Source: Glaucostegus cemiculus
Lineage: Eukaryota
Direction of reading: 5' to 3'
Assembly (NCBI GenBank): GCA_976551045.1
Contig: CDPCPM010000157.1
Coordinates: 4,960,001-5,024,000 of the forward strand
Length of the DNA: 64,000 nucleotides
Both the position numbers and the translations under genes were made by a program. Under the pieces are notes generated by a model. That model made no database searches and was not told the DNA's origin. It worked only from the letters and a program-made list of their open reading frames with translations. Shown piece by piece: positions 35,518 through 48,235 of the stretch (its first letter is position 1; every line of letters begins with the position of its first letter).

Positions 35518-35748
35518 TGTGTTATTATGTGTTTGTTATATAGTTATAATAAAGAACTACAGTTACCAGCATGCAATGCAAGGGGTCACATGGGGGAACA
35601 GGAAGTAGCTGGTAAAAAGAGAGGGAAAAGCAGTTTCTCTCAATGGCAGCCAGTGTGTAAGTCTGTATACTAATTTTATTGTTTAATAAAATGTTCAGTT
35701 GCTAAAACCACGCCAAGTTTGTTTCTTGGATGAAGAGCAAACATAACA
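35518..35748 (+). mobile_element. Solo LTR (231 bp, TG...CA) with 5-bp target-site duplication CAGCC
   Basis: cagcc|TGTGTTATTATG ... AAACATAACA|cagcc; terminal inverted TGTTAT/ATAACA; AATAAA at 35685-35690. Confidence 0.75.
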
Positions 35749-35796
35749 CAGCCCAGCTTAATTTCTGTTTACTGCTGGTTCTAACTTAAAAAAATT

Positions 35797-36055
35797 GTAA
35801 TTGATTTATTATTGTCACATGTCCCAAGATACAGTGAAAAGCTTTGTTTTGCATGCCATCAACACAGACCATTTCACAACATCAGTACATCGAGTTGGTA
35901 TAAGGGCAAAGCAATAACAGAATGCAGAATAAAGTGCTACAGTAACAGAGAGAGTGCAGTGCAGGCAGACAATAAGGTGCAAGGGCCACGACGAGGTAGC
36001 TTGTAAGGTCAAGTGTTCATCTTCATTGTACAAGAAGTCCATTCAGTGGTCTTAT
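35797..36055 (-). mobile_element. Rex1/Babar 3' UTR fragment
   Basis: Similar to 17690-17940. Confidence 0.8.
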
Positions 36056-36224
36056 AAAAATGTTTGATTTCCAACTTCTCTCAGTTTTGATTAAAGATTA
36101 TCAACCTGAAATATTAGCTCTGCTTCTCTCTCCACAGCTGCTGCCTGACCTGCTGAGTATTCCCCGCATTTCCTGCTTTCATTTTGGTTGGTCCCAGGAT
36201 GCTGCTGTTGGAGCCCAGCCAATG

Positions 36225-36565
36225 AATCAGAATCAGTTTTATTGTCACTACTATATACACATACAGTTTGCATAGGAGCAAAATACCGTACTCCACAGGT
36301 CAAGGTGCTTGTCACATTAAAAAAAAGGAAACAAACACTCAGAGACACAAAGACAGAGAGACACTAAAAACATTAGAACCACAAAATTAAATAGCACAAC
36401 TTAAATAAATAATCTTAAAGTGAGCAATACTGGCAGCGGACATTTAAAGTGCTGGTGCGTTTCTGTACACCTAGTATCCTTTAGTGTTGGCGGGAGTGAT
36501 GGAGGGATGAGGGAGTTCACAGTTCTGATAGCTTGTGGGAAGAAGCTATTGCACAGTCTAGTGCA
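36225..36565 (-). mobile_element. Rex1/Babar fragment of the 57696-58305 subfamily
   Basis: aatcagaatcagttttattgtcac end and gatggagggatgag..agttc..atagcttgtgggaagaagctatt match the reverse complement of 57960-58305. Confidence 0.7.
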
Positions 36566-36819
36566 ATGGCAGTGGAGTCAAAGGGAAATGGCTGGACAAC
36601 ACTTGCGACCGATAGGCGCTTACATGGAGCAATGAAATTCCACTTAACATCTCGCCCAAATAGTGACAAAGTCTAAAATAAAACAGATACTCAAATAGTC
36701 AGGCAGCATCTGTGGAGAGAGAAACAGATTTAAGGTTTCTGATTGATATACATCCAAGTTGCTGTTTGCAAGGTCCAGCTGCTCTTTGCCCAAACCCATA
36801 CTCAGTGGAGTGACGTCCT

Positions 36820-37360
36820 CAGCTGACCTACAGATAGATGAGACACTCCTGGATGACGGTCCAGCGAGGGCTTCTCATTGCCACTGCCTGCCTTATTTGT
36901 TCTCAGTCGCCTCCTCCACAACTTCCTCCTACTTATGCAAAGATTGTGCCCTCATTATTCCGAGATTATGGATAGATCAGCCAACATGTCTCTTTGCAGA
37001 GTGCTGCTGGCTCTCAAGGTTGGTCCAGTCACCAGCGTCTTGGTCTGAGAGCACCAGTGGTTGGTTGTATCCTTGATGATAATGATGGCCAAATGGTTCT
37101 TGTTGTAATTGCACATCCCAGCAGTAGGGGGAGTCGTGAGCTCAGTCAATAGGCCTTGCCTGCAAGGGTCACTGTTCAGCTGAGTGTGGTGGCTACAATA
37201 TGAGCAGACTGCCTCAGGATGAAAGCATCGTGCAAGTTTCCTGGGTGCATGGCAATGACCATGTGGTGGTTACACACTAGTTCCAAGTCGTTTGGTATTG
37301 ACACGTGGTGTCTATAATGTCACATACGCAATCTATCACTCCCTGAGCCATTGAGAAGCT
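36820..37360 (-). mobile_element. PIF/Harbinger transposase fossil (HARBI1-like DDE)
   Basis: Minus-strand remnants in the correct order: AQGVIDC, LELVCNHH..HPGNLHDAFILRQS, YNKNH, IHNLGIMRAQ; stops and frameshifts present. Confidence 0.75.
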
Positions 37361-37627
37361 GTTTCCTGCAGAGATCTGTGCGCCCAATCATGGCTACCCT
37401 CAGCTCCTCAGACACAGGTATACAACCTGAACTGTGCCTTTGGCTGGTGCCAGATTTCACTCACCACTTACGTTCTAAATCTCCACTGCCATGCACGTTG
37501 CTCCCTAGACTTGTGACAACAGAACCATTACCTTTGGAAGACTTGGGATTGGGACCTCCTGGCCAGACTCTCCTCCAGTGAAAGGGACTTTATCTCAGGG
37601 TTAGGTCCTTCTGCTGGATTCTCCGCA

Positions 37628-37930
37628 GTACCACCAGGCTCAAGGACAGCTGCTGTCCTGCTGTTATAAGGCTCTTGAATGAACCTCTTGTACGTTGAAG
37701 ATGAACTCTTGATCTGCTAGTCTACCTTGTATTGGCCCTTGCACCTTATTTGTCTGCCTGCGCTGCACTTCCTCTGTAACTGTAACACTATATTCTGCAT
37801 TCTGTTATTGTTTTTATCTCTTTGTACTATTTCAATGTATTTCTGTTTGGATCAATCTGTCTGGATGGCAGGTAAAACAAAGCTCTTCACTGTATCTTTG
37901 TACATGTGACAACAATAAACCAATTACCAC
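37628..37930 (+). mobile_element. Rex1/Babar 3' fragment
   Basis: gtaccaccaggctcaaggacagc ... gtacatgtgacaacaataaaccaat. Confidence 0.85.
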
Positions 37931-37939
37931 TGCAAACAC

Positions 37940-38145
37940 AGAGACACAAGTGACTGCAGATGCTGGAATCTGGAGCAACAAACAATGTGCTGGAGGAACT
38001 CAGCGTGTCAAGCAGCATCTGTGGGACAGAAGAAACCGTCGGCGTTTCAGGACTGATGCAGAGGTTCGACTGGAAACATCGACAGTTCCTTTCCTCCCAC
38101 AGGTACTGCTCGACCCGCTGAGTTCCTCCAGCACCTTGCTTGTCG
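37940..38145. mobile_element. Inverted Penelope-type terminal repeat pair
   Basis: gtgctggaggaactcagcg.. / ..cgctgagttcctccagcac with ctgatgca..gaaacatcgac at the centre. Confidence 0.8.
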
Positions 38146-40164
38146 CGCGCCATTGCAGACACACCTAATTCTGTAAACTGCTTTGTCCCCAGCCGCAGAA
38201 TCAAACCTTGGCAATCCTCTCAGCTCCAACAGGATCCCCTCTAACCCCGTCCTTTTGAAAGCTGCAAAGTGATTGACAGGCTCTGGGTGGCGTGTTCCTA
38301 CCACCACCCAGCCCCAATTTTCCTGTGTGTGGCTCACACTGAACATGGTGCAACTTAATGGGGACAGTGTCAGCCCAGCAACACATGAGGATTGACACCT
38401 GAGACACTTACAGTGAACTGTGCAATTTGTGCGTCTTGTAAGCACCTGAAGGAGGACAGAGGAGCAACTGGTCAAATATTGACACCCCTTTTTCTCCTCT
38501 CCCATTTGTATTTTTTGAAAGAATCTTTCACCCTTCTCATTAGAAGGAAAGCAGTCCTAATTACTCAATTCTGTTGATTTATTTTCTGCAATATCTTTGT
38601 TGATGATGACATAAGCGTTTGGCTGGCTCGGAGGAGCCTAATTAACTTGCACAGCTCGGATAACACAAACCTTGGGTTAATGAGGAGCTCATCAGATGTT
38701 AATTCAGCTCTTGCGCATCAGCAGCCCTCCGAGACAGGCGGTTACCCTGATGAGGTCACTGCCACTTACTATTAATCAAAAAATATTCCAGGGAGCAAAA
38801 ATAAACAGAAAGGATGTGAAAGTTACTGTCAGCTCTTTGTTGCTCCTGTGGCATCTTTTGAGTAGTGGATGGAGACTGAAAGAGAGAAAATGGGAAATGA
38901 AGGAAATATATTCTATGGGCAGCCTTCGATTGGAGCGGAGAACATCACCATGCACTGTGGTTCCTTTAACATAGTAAATCAAACCAAGAGAGTCATCAAA
39001 CAAAGAGAGAGACTGGAAGATGTTAGGACAAATGACTGAAAAGTAAGACTCAAGTCTATGGAGTAGCAAGACGTCATAGGTGAGGGCTTCAAGGAGCAGA
39101 GTGAGATCACCTACTCTGCTAATCTTGGGGATACAAACTCCTCACAATGGTCAACATGAGGGCTGATTGTGACAGGGAATGATACGCACCAGTAACTTCC
39201 CACGTTCAGTTAAAGCTCCTTCAACAAAGACACAGTTTCTCAGCCTATCGTTGTTGAAGGAGCTTTAGCTGGCTCCTGGCACCAGTGCTGATGAAGACAG
39301 AGATCCTGCTGCTCATCACTTACCCACTGATCCTTCATGTAACGTACGTGAATGGGAGAGCAGGTTGTCGCCTCCACTAGTAACTACATTAACTTGCACT
39401 GACAGACCATCCCCGAATATTACACAGGTTCTGTTTTTACAGACGTCCATTGATTTTGTCCATAAATTGGAAAATGCTCAAAAATCAGTGGATTACGGTA
39501 ACCACACCTCCACAGTACTGGAATGCATGGCATCAAAAGCACATCAGACTGATAGGAAAGAACAGTTACTAAAAGTGGTAAGAGCGCAGAAACTAGTTCT
39601 GCTGTTCATAGGAACAAACCTATGTAGATACGTCGGACTTTTAAACTTAATATTATTGTGGGAGCCCATTCGTATGTAGGTGAGACGATAAGTCGGGCAT
39701 TCATGATGCGAGGATGACCTACACATTGAACCTTTGAAGTGGAAAGAGATTTGAAGAACAGATATATCCGTGACTGGGACTAAACCAGTGTGTCTGGAAA
39801 ATGTCTGATGCAAAACCCCTTCTTACTGCATCAATTGACTCAGTCAGGAAACTCACTTTCCAAAGTCTGCTGCCTGAAATCTTGCACCTTAAACTTTCTG
39901 GCCAGAGGCAAATTATACAACCAGTGTGAAAACAAAACCCTGCAGATCCTGGAGACCTGAAACAAAAATAGAAAATCCTGGAAACACTCAGCAGGTTTGT
40001 CAGACGCTGTCTGACTTGCTGACTGTTTTCCAGCAGTTTCTGTCACACAAGTTGGTGTGTTGGGTGGGAGCTGTAGAAGTTGTACAAATTCCCTTGCCTT
40101 TTCGCAACAGACCCCAGAGATCGGAATCGCTCTCGGGTGCTGAAGCGACGATCCCCTCAGGCTC

Positions 40165-40485
40165 ACAGGCACAGAACCGCTGCCTCACGGCTCAGGTGAC
40201 CCGGGTTCAATCCTGACCTCAGGTGCTCTCTTCCGCTGAAAGTAGACCTTCTCCCCATGAGCGCATGGGCTCCCCCAGCCGCTCCTGTTTCCTCCCACAT
40301 CCCAAAGACGCGTGGGTTGGTTGGTTGATTGGCCACTGTAAGTTGCCCTGGTGTGCAGATGAGGGTTGGAATCGGGGGGGGGGGAGGATTGATGGGGAAT
40401 GTGGGGACAATAAAATGGGACGACATTATTGGATGCTTGGTTGTCAGACTTGGTAGGCCAAAGGGACTTCTTCAGTGCAGTAACT
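40165..40485 (+). mobile_element. V-SINE (CR1-type tail), diverged
   Basis: gacccgggttcaatcctgacc head; tttcctcccacatcccaaagac V-domain. Confidence 0.75.
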
Positions 40486-40874
40486 CTCTTAGAGGATGAA
40501 ATAGTCCAGCAACATGTTTCTTTAACTTTTTAAAAGGCTGACATCCTCTGACCACTGAAATACATTTTAACGTATAGATTAAAGTAACATGCAGAAGGTG
40601 TTATCCCATTAGTTCTTCCCAGTTAATATTAACCCCTCACCAATCCATCAGTGTATGGTGTTAATTGAAAAGGTCGGTGAAGTGTCAATGTCTATAGTGT
40701 AACAACTCACATTAAACAAATGGCAGAGAGGATGTGGTGAGCTTAAAACTCCGAAGGTTATGACAAGCAACAGAGATTGTAAATTCTACAGCTTTGAGTA
40801 AGTGCCTCAAGAAGACTGCCTTGAAGTCACAGAACTTTTATCTCACTTAGATGGCGTGGGTAACAGGCTCACAG

Positions 40875-41080
40875 TATTGGTTCAATCTTGGTTGAAACCA
40901 AAATTGGTTGAGGCAGGTGCATTAACAACACTTAGAAGGTACTTGTGCAGGAAGACGGAAAGCAAAGGTTCAAAGGGATATGGGCCACATGTGAGCAAAT
41001 GGGACTAGTTGAGATGGGAATCTTGGTCGGCATGGACCAGTTGGGCTGAAGGGCCTGTCTCCGCGCTGTGTGACTCTATC
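40875..41080 (+). mobile_element. CR1 3' end
   Basis: ggttgaggcaggtgcattaacaac..ggcatggaccagttgggctgaagggcctgt. Confidence 0.75.
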
Positions 41081-42767
41081 ATTCTTTAATCCAAGAGGTA
41101 CAAGAATTTCCTGAAGACTTGTTCCTTTCAACTGGACCAGCCCTTGATAACAAGCTGAGAGTAAGAGTTATTCATATGTGGTTTAAAACTGATATCCAAC
41201 ACAATCTTTTGACGACCAGGATAACACGGTGTCAGTTTCCTGAAGGGCAGATGGGCAGGTCAGGTAACTTGAGCCATTGGGGGTGGGGGGGGTGGGGGAT
41301 AATGAAGAGAAAGCTGTGGGTGAGAGGAGGTTGGGTGCTGAAGCTGGCAAGCTTCCGTTAGCTGGCGCTGGAGTGTTAACAGGACAGATGGTAGGCCCCA
41401 GGTCGTAGCAGACCCGGTTCTTCGCTCCATGTCGATGCCTCGCTCAGAATTTCAGAGTTAATTGGAAGTCACATTTAGAGCTTCCATCTGGAACAAGGGC
41501 ACACGGCACAAGGACAAAGGGCAGGCACACCCAGAACTTCCACCATTACTCAGGCACCCTCCGAAAGATGGTTCGTTTAACCCTTGTTACTGACTAGAAG
41601 CCAGAAGTTTTCATGGAGCAAACACAACTTTACACCGCAATCCTTGCCCCCAGTTTGGGGAGGCCCTTTCAAAACCGAATGAGAAATGCCTCTGACCCGA
41701 ACCCTCCACACTATCACGATCTCACTTGTATTACATTGATTATCACTGTTGAACATTGGAGCTGCAACCTCCCCTAACCTTGAGCTCCTCCTCCCTGCAA
41801 TCTCAACATGCTAACAGCGAGACTTACTGCACTGCCCCTTGACTCCAGCCCATTCGTGTCACATCTCCGCCAGTACAGAGGTCGGACGGGACAGCCCCCT
41901 CCCATACGCGGGTCACATGTCAGTGCTGTGATGTCATGGATCGAGTGGAGACCTCCATGGGACATGGAATTTCGGGATGTCAACACATCCACCAGCTTCA
42001 ATGGAGTGACAAATACCTTGGTATCGGGCTTACAGCTGCACGGGAGGTGAATGCAGGAAGATCGTTGGAGGGATGAGGCAGAAAGGGGGAGTATAAACAG
42101 CTGCTCCATTCAAAGCAGGTCTCCTTCACCCCCTATTCACTTGTCCTTGTCCACTATGCCTCTCACATTCTATCTTGGCACCCAATGGCCAAGCATGTCC
42201 GCACAGTAGTCCCTTGATGGGGATCCAAAACCCACTTGACATTAACAAAGTCTCTGTGGTTGGAACAGGGACGAGAGCACCTGCCTCCCTCTCCCTCCAC
42301 TAAAGCCAGGAGAGGAATGGGGGTATGCAAGCGGAGTGCAAGAAAGCATTACATCGTGAACTTCTGCTCTCGAGTTCAGTAGTATAATCCACCGCGCTGG
42401 TGCAGAATTCCCACAAGTTTTGACACAGCTCCCTGCTTGAACTCTTCCCCTGCTTCCACACTTGCTTCGAGAAAGTCAGGAAACTGATGGGACCCAATCC
42501 TCCCGTCGAGTGGTGAGAATCTGGTAACAGGCAACCCACTTCCCCCGAGTTGTGGTTCAGTGAACTCCCGCCTGCAACCAAGGTCACGGCAAGTATTTCC
42601 CACCACCCCACCCGAGACACAGACACTCCAACGCTCATCCAACTGCACTCATATGATGTACCACTCTCGAGTCTAATGAAAGCTGAGCCAATTCTATGGG
42701 TGGGGCTTGGTCTAGCCCCACGGAGGTGGTGTCTTTGCAACACATATGGGCCTTCCACTGCGTGGGG

Positions 42768-42783
42768 GCACCAGGTGGAGCTA
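42768..42783 (+). promoter_or_regulatory. CTCF-like motif
   Basis: GCACCAGGTGGAGCTA vs consensus CCACCAGGTGGCGCTA; motif match only. Confidence 0.35.
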
Positions 42784-43489
42784 GTCTTGCACTTCAAGTG
42801 TAAGCAGTTTGCAAATGGAAATTGTTTTGTTCTGAAGCTCGACACTCAGTGTTGTTTCAGGGCAGTGGGATGGGAGAGGTATCTGTGCCACACTTCTGGA
42901 CGCTGGTGGTGAGCCATTAAGCTCTTGCAGGTTAACCTGCAGGCGATCCCCTGTGGGCACAGCTTGCAGCAAGGGCTAGTTCGGGCAGGGTTGCTGTCTT
43001 GACTTCTCTGCTGCCTCCTCCTTTCCACTGTAGCCTCTGTGACCCCCACCCCCCCCTCCATTCCAGACACTTGCCTCCATTCTCTGTGCTGCTGGTGTGA
43101 CTGCTACTCCCTGATAAAGTGGGTGGGGCTTATCCCCCTACTGACACATGCCAATCAGAGTCAGCTTCACCACTAAGCAGACGATAGGGCAAGGATGGCA
43201 AGTGACGCTTACCGTGAGCCAATGGCCGGATGTCCACAAGCCTGGGGTGCCCTGGAAAAGCACTGCAGGGGGGGACCTGTCGGGGTCGGGGGAAGTCCGG
43301 GTCAGCTGATGTCCCGCAGTCTCTCAGGGGCCGGGATTGGGTGCTTATTGGCTGGGTCTGTCGTGGTCAAAGGTGGAAGGAGTGGTCACCCTAGCGGTTT
43401 CATTTATTACAGAGGTGTCCCCTCCTGTTAACACCAACACCTACTCAATGTTGCTCACCTGAAGCAGAAACAGAGAGGCGAGAACACAA

Positions 43490-43972
43490 AGCAGGAACGC
43501 AAGAGGCAGCAGAGAGCTGAGGACACAGCCCGGTCCACCATTGACAGCATCTACAGGTGCTGCTGACACAAGAAGCTAGTTCGGGCATCAAGGATCCCCA
43601 CCACCTGGGCCATGCCATCTTCTCGCAGCTACCGTCAGGCAGGAGGTACAGAAGCCTGAAGTCCCACACCACCAGGTTCAGGAACAGCTACTTCCCTACA
43701 ACCATCAGGTTCCTGAGTCGACCTGCACCACACTAACCCTACCTCAGCAACAGAACACTACGGACCACCTCTTGCACTGCCATGGACTTGTCTCTGACTG
43801 TGTTGTTTTTAGACTAGTCTAGTTTTGTACAGTTTTTTCTTCACTGTCTGGTACAATTGATGTTCTGTGTGCCGTCTGTACCTACGTGCCTGTGATGCTG
43901 CTGCAAGCAAGTTATTCATTGTACCTGTACCTCACCGCACTTGTGCACATGACAATAAACTCAACTTGACTC
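43490..43972 (+). mobile_element. Rex1/Babar 3' fragment, (ACTTG) tail subfamily
   Basis: atcaaggatccccaccacctgggccatgccatcttctcgcagctaccgtcaggcaggagg; same family as 11921-12397. Confidence 0.85.
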
Positions 43973-43974
43973 GG

Positions 43975-44345
43975 GAAAACAGGAGCAGGAGTATGCTACC
44001 GGGCCCCTCAAACCTGCCCTGCCATTCAATATAATCAGGGGTGATCTACCCCAGGTGAAGGGACTCGACCCAAAACACAGACTGACCCTTTCCCTCCACA
44101 GATGCTGCCTGACCCGCTGAGTTCCTCCAGCGCTTTGTGTGTTGCTCCAGATTCCAGCGTCTGCAGTCCCTTGTGTCTCCGTGACCTACCCCTGGCCTCC
44201 TCTCCTACTTTGTGCCCGGTCCCCATTGCCCTCAATCCCCCGATCTTCCACAGATTTACCTACCTCCACGTTAAATACTTCTAATGAGCAAGCCTTCGCA
44301 ACTCCCGGGGGTAAGGAATTCCAGAGATTCACTCCCCTCTGCAAG
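43975..44345 (-). mobile_element. CR1 3' end interrupted by a Penelope repeat (about 44050-44180)
   Basis: aggagcaggagta..ccattcaat..gaattccagagattcac; insert cagatgctgcctgacccgctgagttcc. Confidence 0.7.
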
Positions 44346-47300
44346 AAGGTCCAGGGGAGCTCTAACCATATGCTGATATTCCACAGATTAAGTTCAGGGC
44401 AAAGGGTCTTCTCAAACGTCGGACACCTAGCTGTACAGAGTTGTACAGATGCATCTGAAGTAAATAACTCGCTGTCATGGAAAAGACAGGTCAGTGGAAA
44501 TGTTCAAAGCCCTTTCTCCTACAATCTGTTCACTGCGCAGTTTGAGACACTAATAGATAACTCCGAAACCTGGCGTGCATCAATGTTGGCAGCATTAATT
44601 ACCCAAAATAGTCCAACTCAACAAAGACCTCTCGCAGTGCCTGGAGTAATCATTTGGCAATAGCAGGCATCTTTTAAGACGACACAGATGGGCCAACCCA
44701 CCCCCGGGATTGGCTTGAGGCTTCAAAGTATTTTCTCCCTCTGTTTTCCCAATAATGGGATTCCCATGTGGTTGCTATGGTGATGGTATCTATTTCACAT
44801 TAACGTCGGACTCAGTCGGGATTGGCTGAGCTGACATCTGCGGCCCGGTCAGAGTTTCAGCCAGCGGTTGATGTGAACTTCAGTGAACCTTCTCCCTGGG
44901 TCTGTTCCAGTTACAAGTAGCAATTCTAACTTTGCAGATTGTGAAATCCTCAAGCAGTGTGCAAAACTTCACTCCTCCACCGTACAATCACCCAACAAAA
45001 ACAGCAATACAGCCACAGGAATGCACCAACGCAAGCATAAATCCCAAGATTGGATGTTTATTTTACTTGAAATTATTTCCCTTTCATTGCATTGCCAAGG
45101 CACTGCCTCTGGTTGGGATACCAGCCATCTGGTACCTGTACAAGAACGTCCCTGATTTTCATGTCTAATCTCAAACATTGAGTGCCAGCTTGCTGTTTAA
45201 CCCTGGGGGACTCAGGCTTACTCAGTCTTCACCTGATATCCACACACATTCACCTCCCAGAGGGGAGAGGGCGATGGAAAACCACGGTGCCGGATTTCAC
45301 CCCTCCCTAACCCACTGCAGTTTGGAGCTTTCTCAGTGAGATGCCCAGTGCAGCAGTCCCTGAGATATGTAAGGATTCTGTTCCTGAGAACTGTCTACTT
45401 CCTCATCATTCAGAAACACCCGCTTTCCATTGCTACCCACATGGAATTGCTCTACGTACATTTCATATAATTCTTTTGTTTCATTGAATATTCACCCTAA
45501 AACTACCCAAAAATAAACTAATGGAATATAGACCACGTCCAGTCATTAATGAACACCATGAAACATTCTATTATTACTACCTTGAAAGATGCTTTATAAA
45601 TGTATGGGAGAATTTGCATACAGCTGGATTTCTGTAAGTTAAGTCACTCGTACTGGGGGAGCCCCTGTATCTGTGAACATACTGGAGTAGAAACTAATCT
45701 GGTGCTACAAACGTGATGTGGTAACATCCATGCCTCGAAGTCACTGGAACAGGATTTTGCAAGAAGATTTTAATCCCCGTGTGTTATGCATTGTTCGTTT
45801 CCCACTTCCAAAGGCTGGATTACGACTCCATCGACCTTGAGTTCCCACTAAATGATCTCACCTCCTTGCTGCTGCAGCTCCCAACATCATTATCCTGCCT
45901 GAGTTATGTGAATACTCTCCCCCTGGTTTACCTCACCACTAGGCAGGACAGCATTCTCCACAACACTCTCCCTGAAAGCCTTCCCATCTGTTCCTCCTAT
46001 TTTGAGGTTCATCAAAAGCCCCTCCTTCTTACCAGGGCTTTCAGTCACCCCTGCCAGCATCAGCCTCCATGGTTTATACTCCTTTTCTGCCTCTGGCTGT
46101 TGGTGAACTTGTTATTTTAGAGGCTCCATATGGACACGGCCACTGTTGTTCTAACTAAGCTGGTTAAGCGTTGCACTCAGACACCACGTCAACCCCAAAC
46201 CCACTGACATTCCCTCGCACCTCGAGCACACAGGTTGACAGCTATTCTGAGGCAAGCTATAACCTGCTGTGCAGATGGATGGTGAGTTCTACACTAAAGC
46301 TTATGCCAAAAAACTTTTCAAGAAGCTGAGTTAAATTTAGTATATTTATCCACAGACTTACGGCTTCCTAGGCCACAGGAAAAGTCTGGTTTAATGTTTC
46401 TCTGTAATCTAAATAATTCAGTCAAAGATATTTCAAACATGTGCCGGTGTCAAAACCCTTTCTGTGCTGACGGCTTTCCAGTGATATCCTTTGAAGGGTG
46501 GCTTCCTGAGCTGAGAGGCCTGGTGTTAGAACAGCTTCAACATTTGCTCTCTCTTTCCAAACCATGACTGCCGTTGTGCCATCCCCGAGATACAGTACAA
46601 CTCATCAAGGTCTCTTTGTTACTACTTCCCAAACTCGTCACCTTCAGGGGCGAGGGCTACTAACACGTAGGGACACAGCAATTTTCAAGATTTCCTCCAC
46701 GTCGAACAGTCTCCTGGCTTGGAAGTAGATCACTGTTCCTCCATCGATCCTGGGTGTAAGTACTTGCTCCTCACCCATGGGAAAACCCTCGGCACAGGGA
46801 CTGCTGTACCTCAGGAAAGCAGCTCCTCAGCCCCTTCCCCGAACCTCCCAGGGATGGACAGAAGCTACCGGTGATGCACACATCCAGAGAACAAACAAAG
46901 TCCTTTGCCAGATGCCTACGTCAGTATTGTCCATGTGCCTACAGAGCGTCTCCATCAGCTGGGTCTCTATTACTAGGCACACCCCTCCATTACCAGCATT
47001 CCCCCTCCCTCACCATTTTTTCCACATTACCTGAACTGAGCTGGAGACTCACCCCCCCAAACCTTCGCCAATTGGTTCCATGGACAACCTGCTGTTTTAA
47101 TAAAGGGACAGGGATACATTCGAGAAGGTTATGTTCAGACCAATTTACAAAGCAAAAATTGGCCTGTTCCTCCACATAAAATATCCAACACTCACTCAGA
47201 GAGAACTGCACCTCGGTGGTGTCGTTTACCATTTCAATGTGTCCAAGGTTGGTTTATATATCCATTTTGGGGGGCTATGATTAGTGATGTAATGGAGAAC

Positions 47301-47699
47301 ATGTGCAATGTAATAATCTGGTGTTTGTGATGCTGGCTGGGGAGAAGAAAATGGCCAGGATACCACAGAAATATCAGCTTCCGTCAAATCCCTTGGATTC
47401 CTTCACACCACCTGAGTGATTGGATTTGGCCTCAGGCTGAAGATGGCATCACTGGTAATGCAGCAGTTCCTCAGTACCGGAGTGGGAACTGAACCTTCAA
47501 CATTCTGGCACCTTCACCCAGTTTCTGCTGATCCTCCTCCCTGCTTCCCGTGTACGTAGGGCCCTTGATGTGACTCAGCTGTGCTGGCACTCCAGAAACT
47601 TTCCGATCTTCTGGTGTATGGATAGGATGTGTTGCAGGGGTGCACAGAGAGACAGGGGAGAGGAATGAGCAGAGCTGGTTTAATACTAGCCTCCCTCAA

Positions 47700-47960
47700 G
47701 GTTACACACACACTCAGACACACACACAGACATAAACACTCACAGACACACAACACAAATAAACACACACACACTCACTCGCACATGTATACACCAACCC
47801 TCAATCATTACACCTATCTGTCCCTCAGACACACATCTAGATACCTACATTACTCATCCAAACCCAGGTACATCTCATGCAAACTTATCCAGATACCCTC
47901 TACACACACATGTACATGCACTTGCAAACAATTGCATATATATACCAGTAACCACTGACA
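47700..47960. repeat. Degenerate (CA)n-rich tract
   Basis: acacacactcagacacacacacagac...; continues at 48270-48398 after a CR1 insertion. Confidence 0.8.
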
Positions 47961-47984
47961 ATCACACCCTCATACCGAGCTTCC

Positions 47985-48235
47985 TAGTATAGGGGAGATG
48001 TCAGAGGGAAGTTTTTCACCCAGAGAGTGGTTGGTGCATGGAATGCACTGCCTGGGGTGGTAGTGGAGGCAGATACGTTGGACAGGTTTAAGAGATTGTT
48101 AGATAAGCACATGGAAGAATGTGGAATAGTAGGATATGAGGGTGGAAAGAGTTAGTTTGGGAGATGTTTGTAGGATGGCACAGCTTGATGGGCCGAAGGG
48201 CCTGTTCTGTGCTGTATTGTTCTATGTTCTATGTT
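47985..48235 (+). mobile_element. CR1 (HER1-like) 3' end
   Basis: ggagatgtcagagggaagtttttcacccagagagtggttggtgcatggaatgcactgcc..(gttctat)n tail. Confidence 0.88.

Noticed and set aside
43383-43393. TAGGGTGACCA, a hAT-Blackjack-like terminus on minus
   Set aside because: No matching second TIR or 8-bp TSD found.
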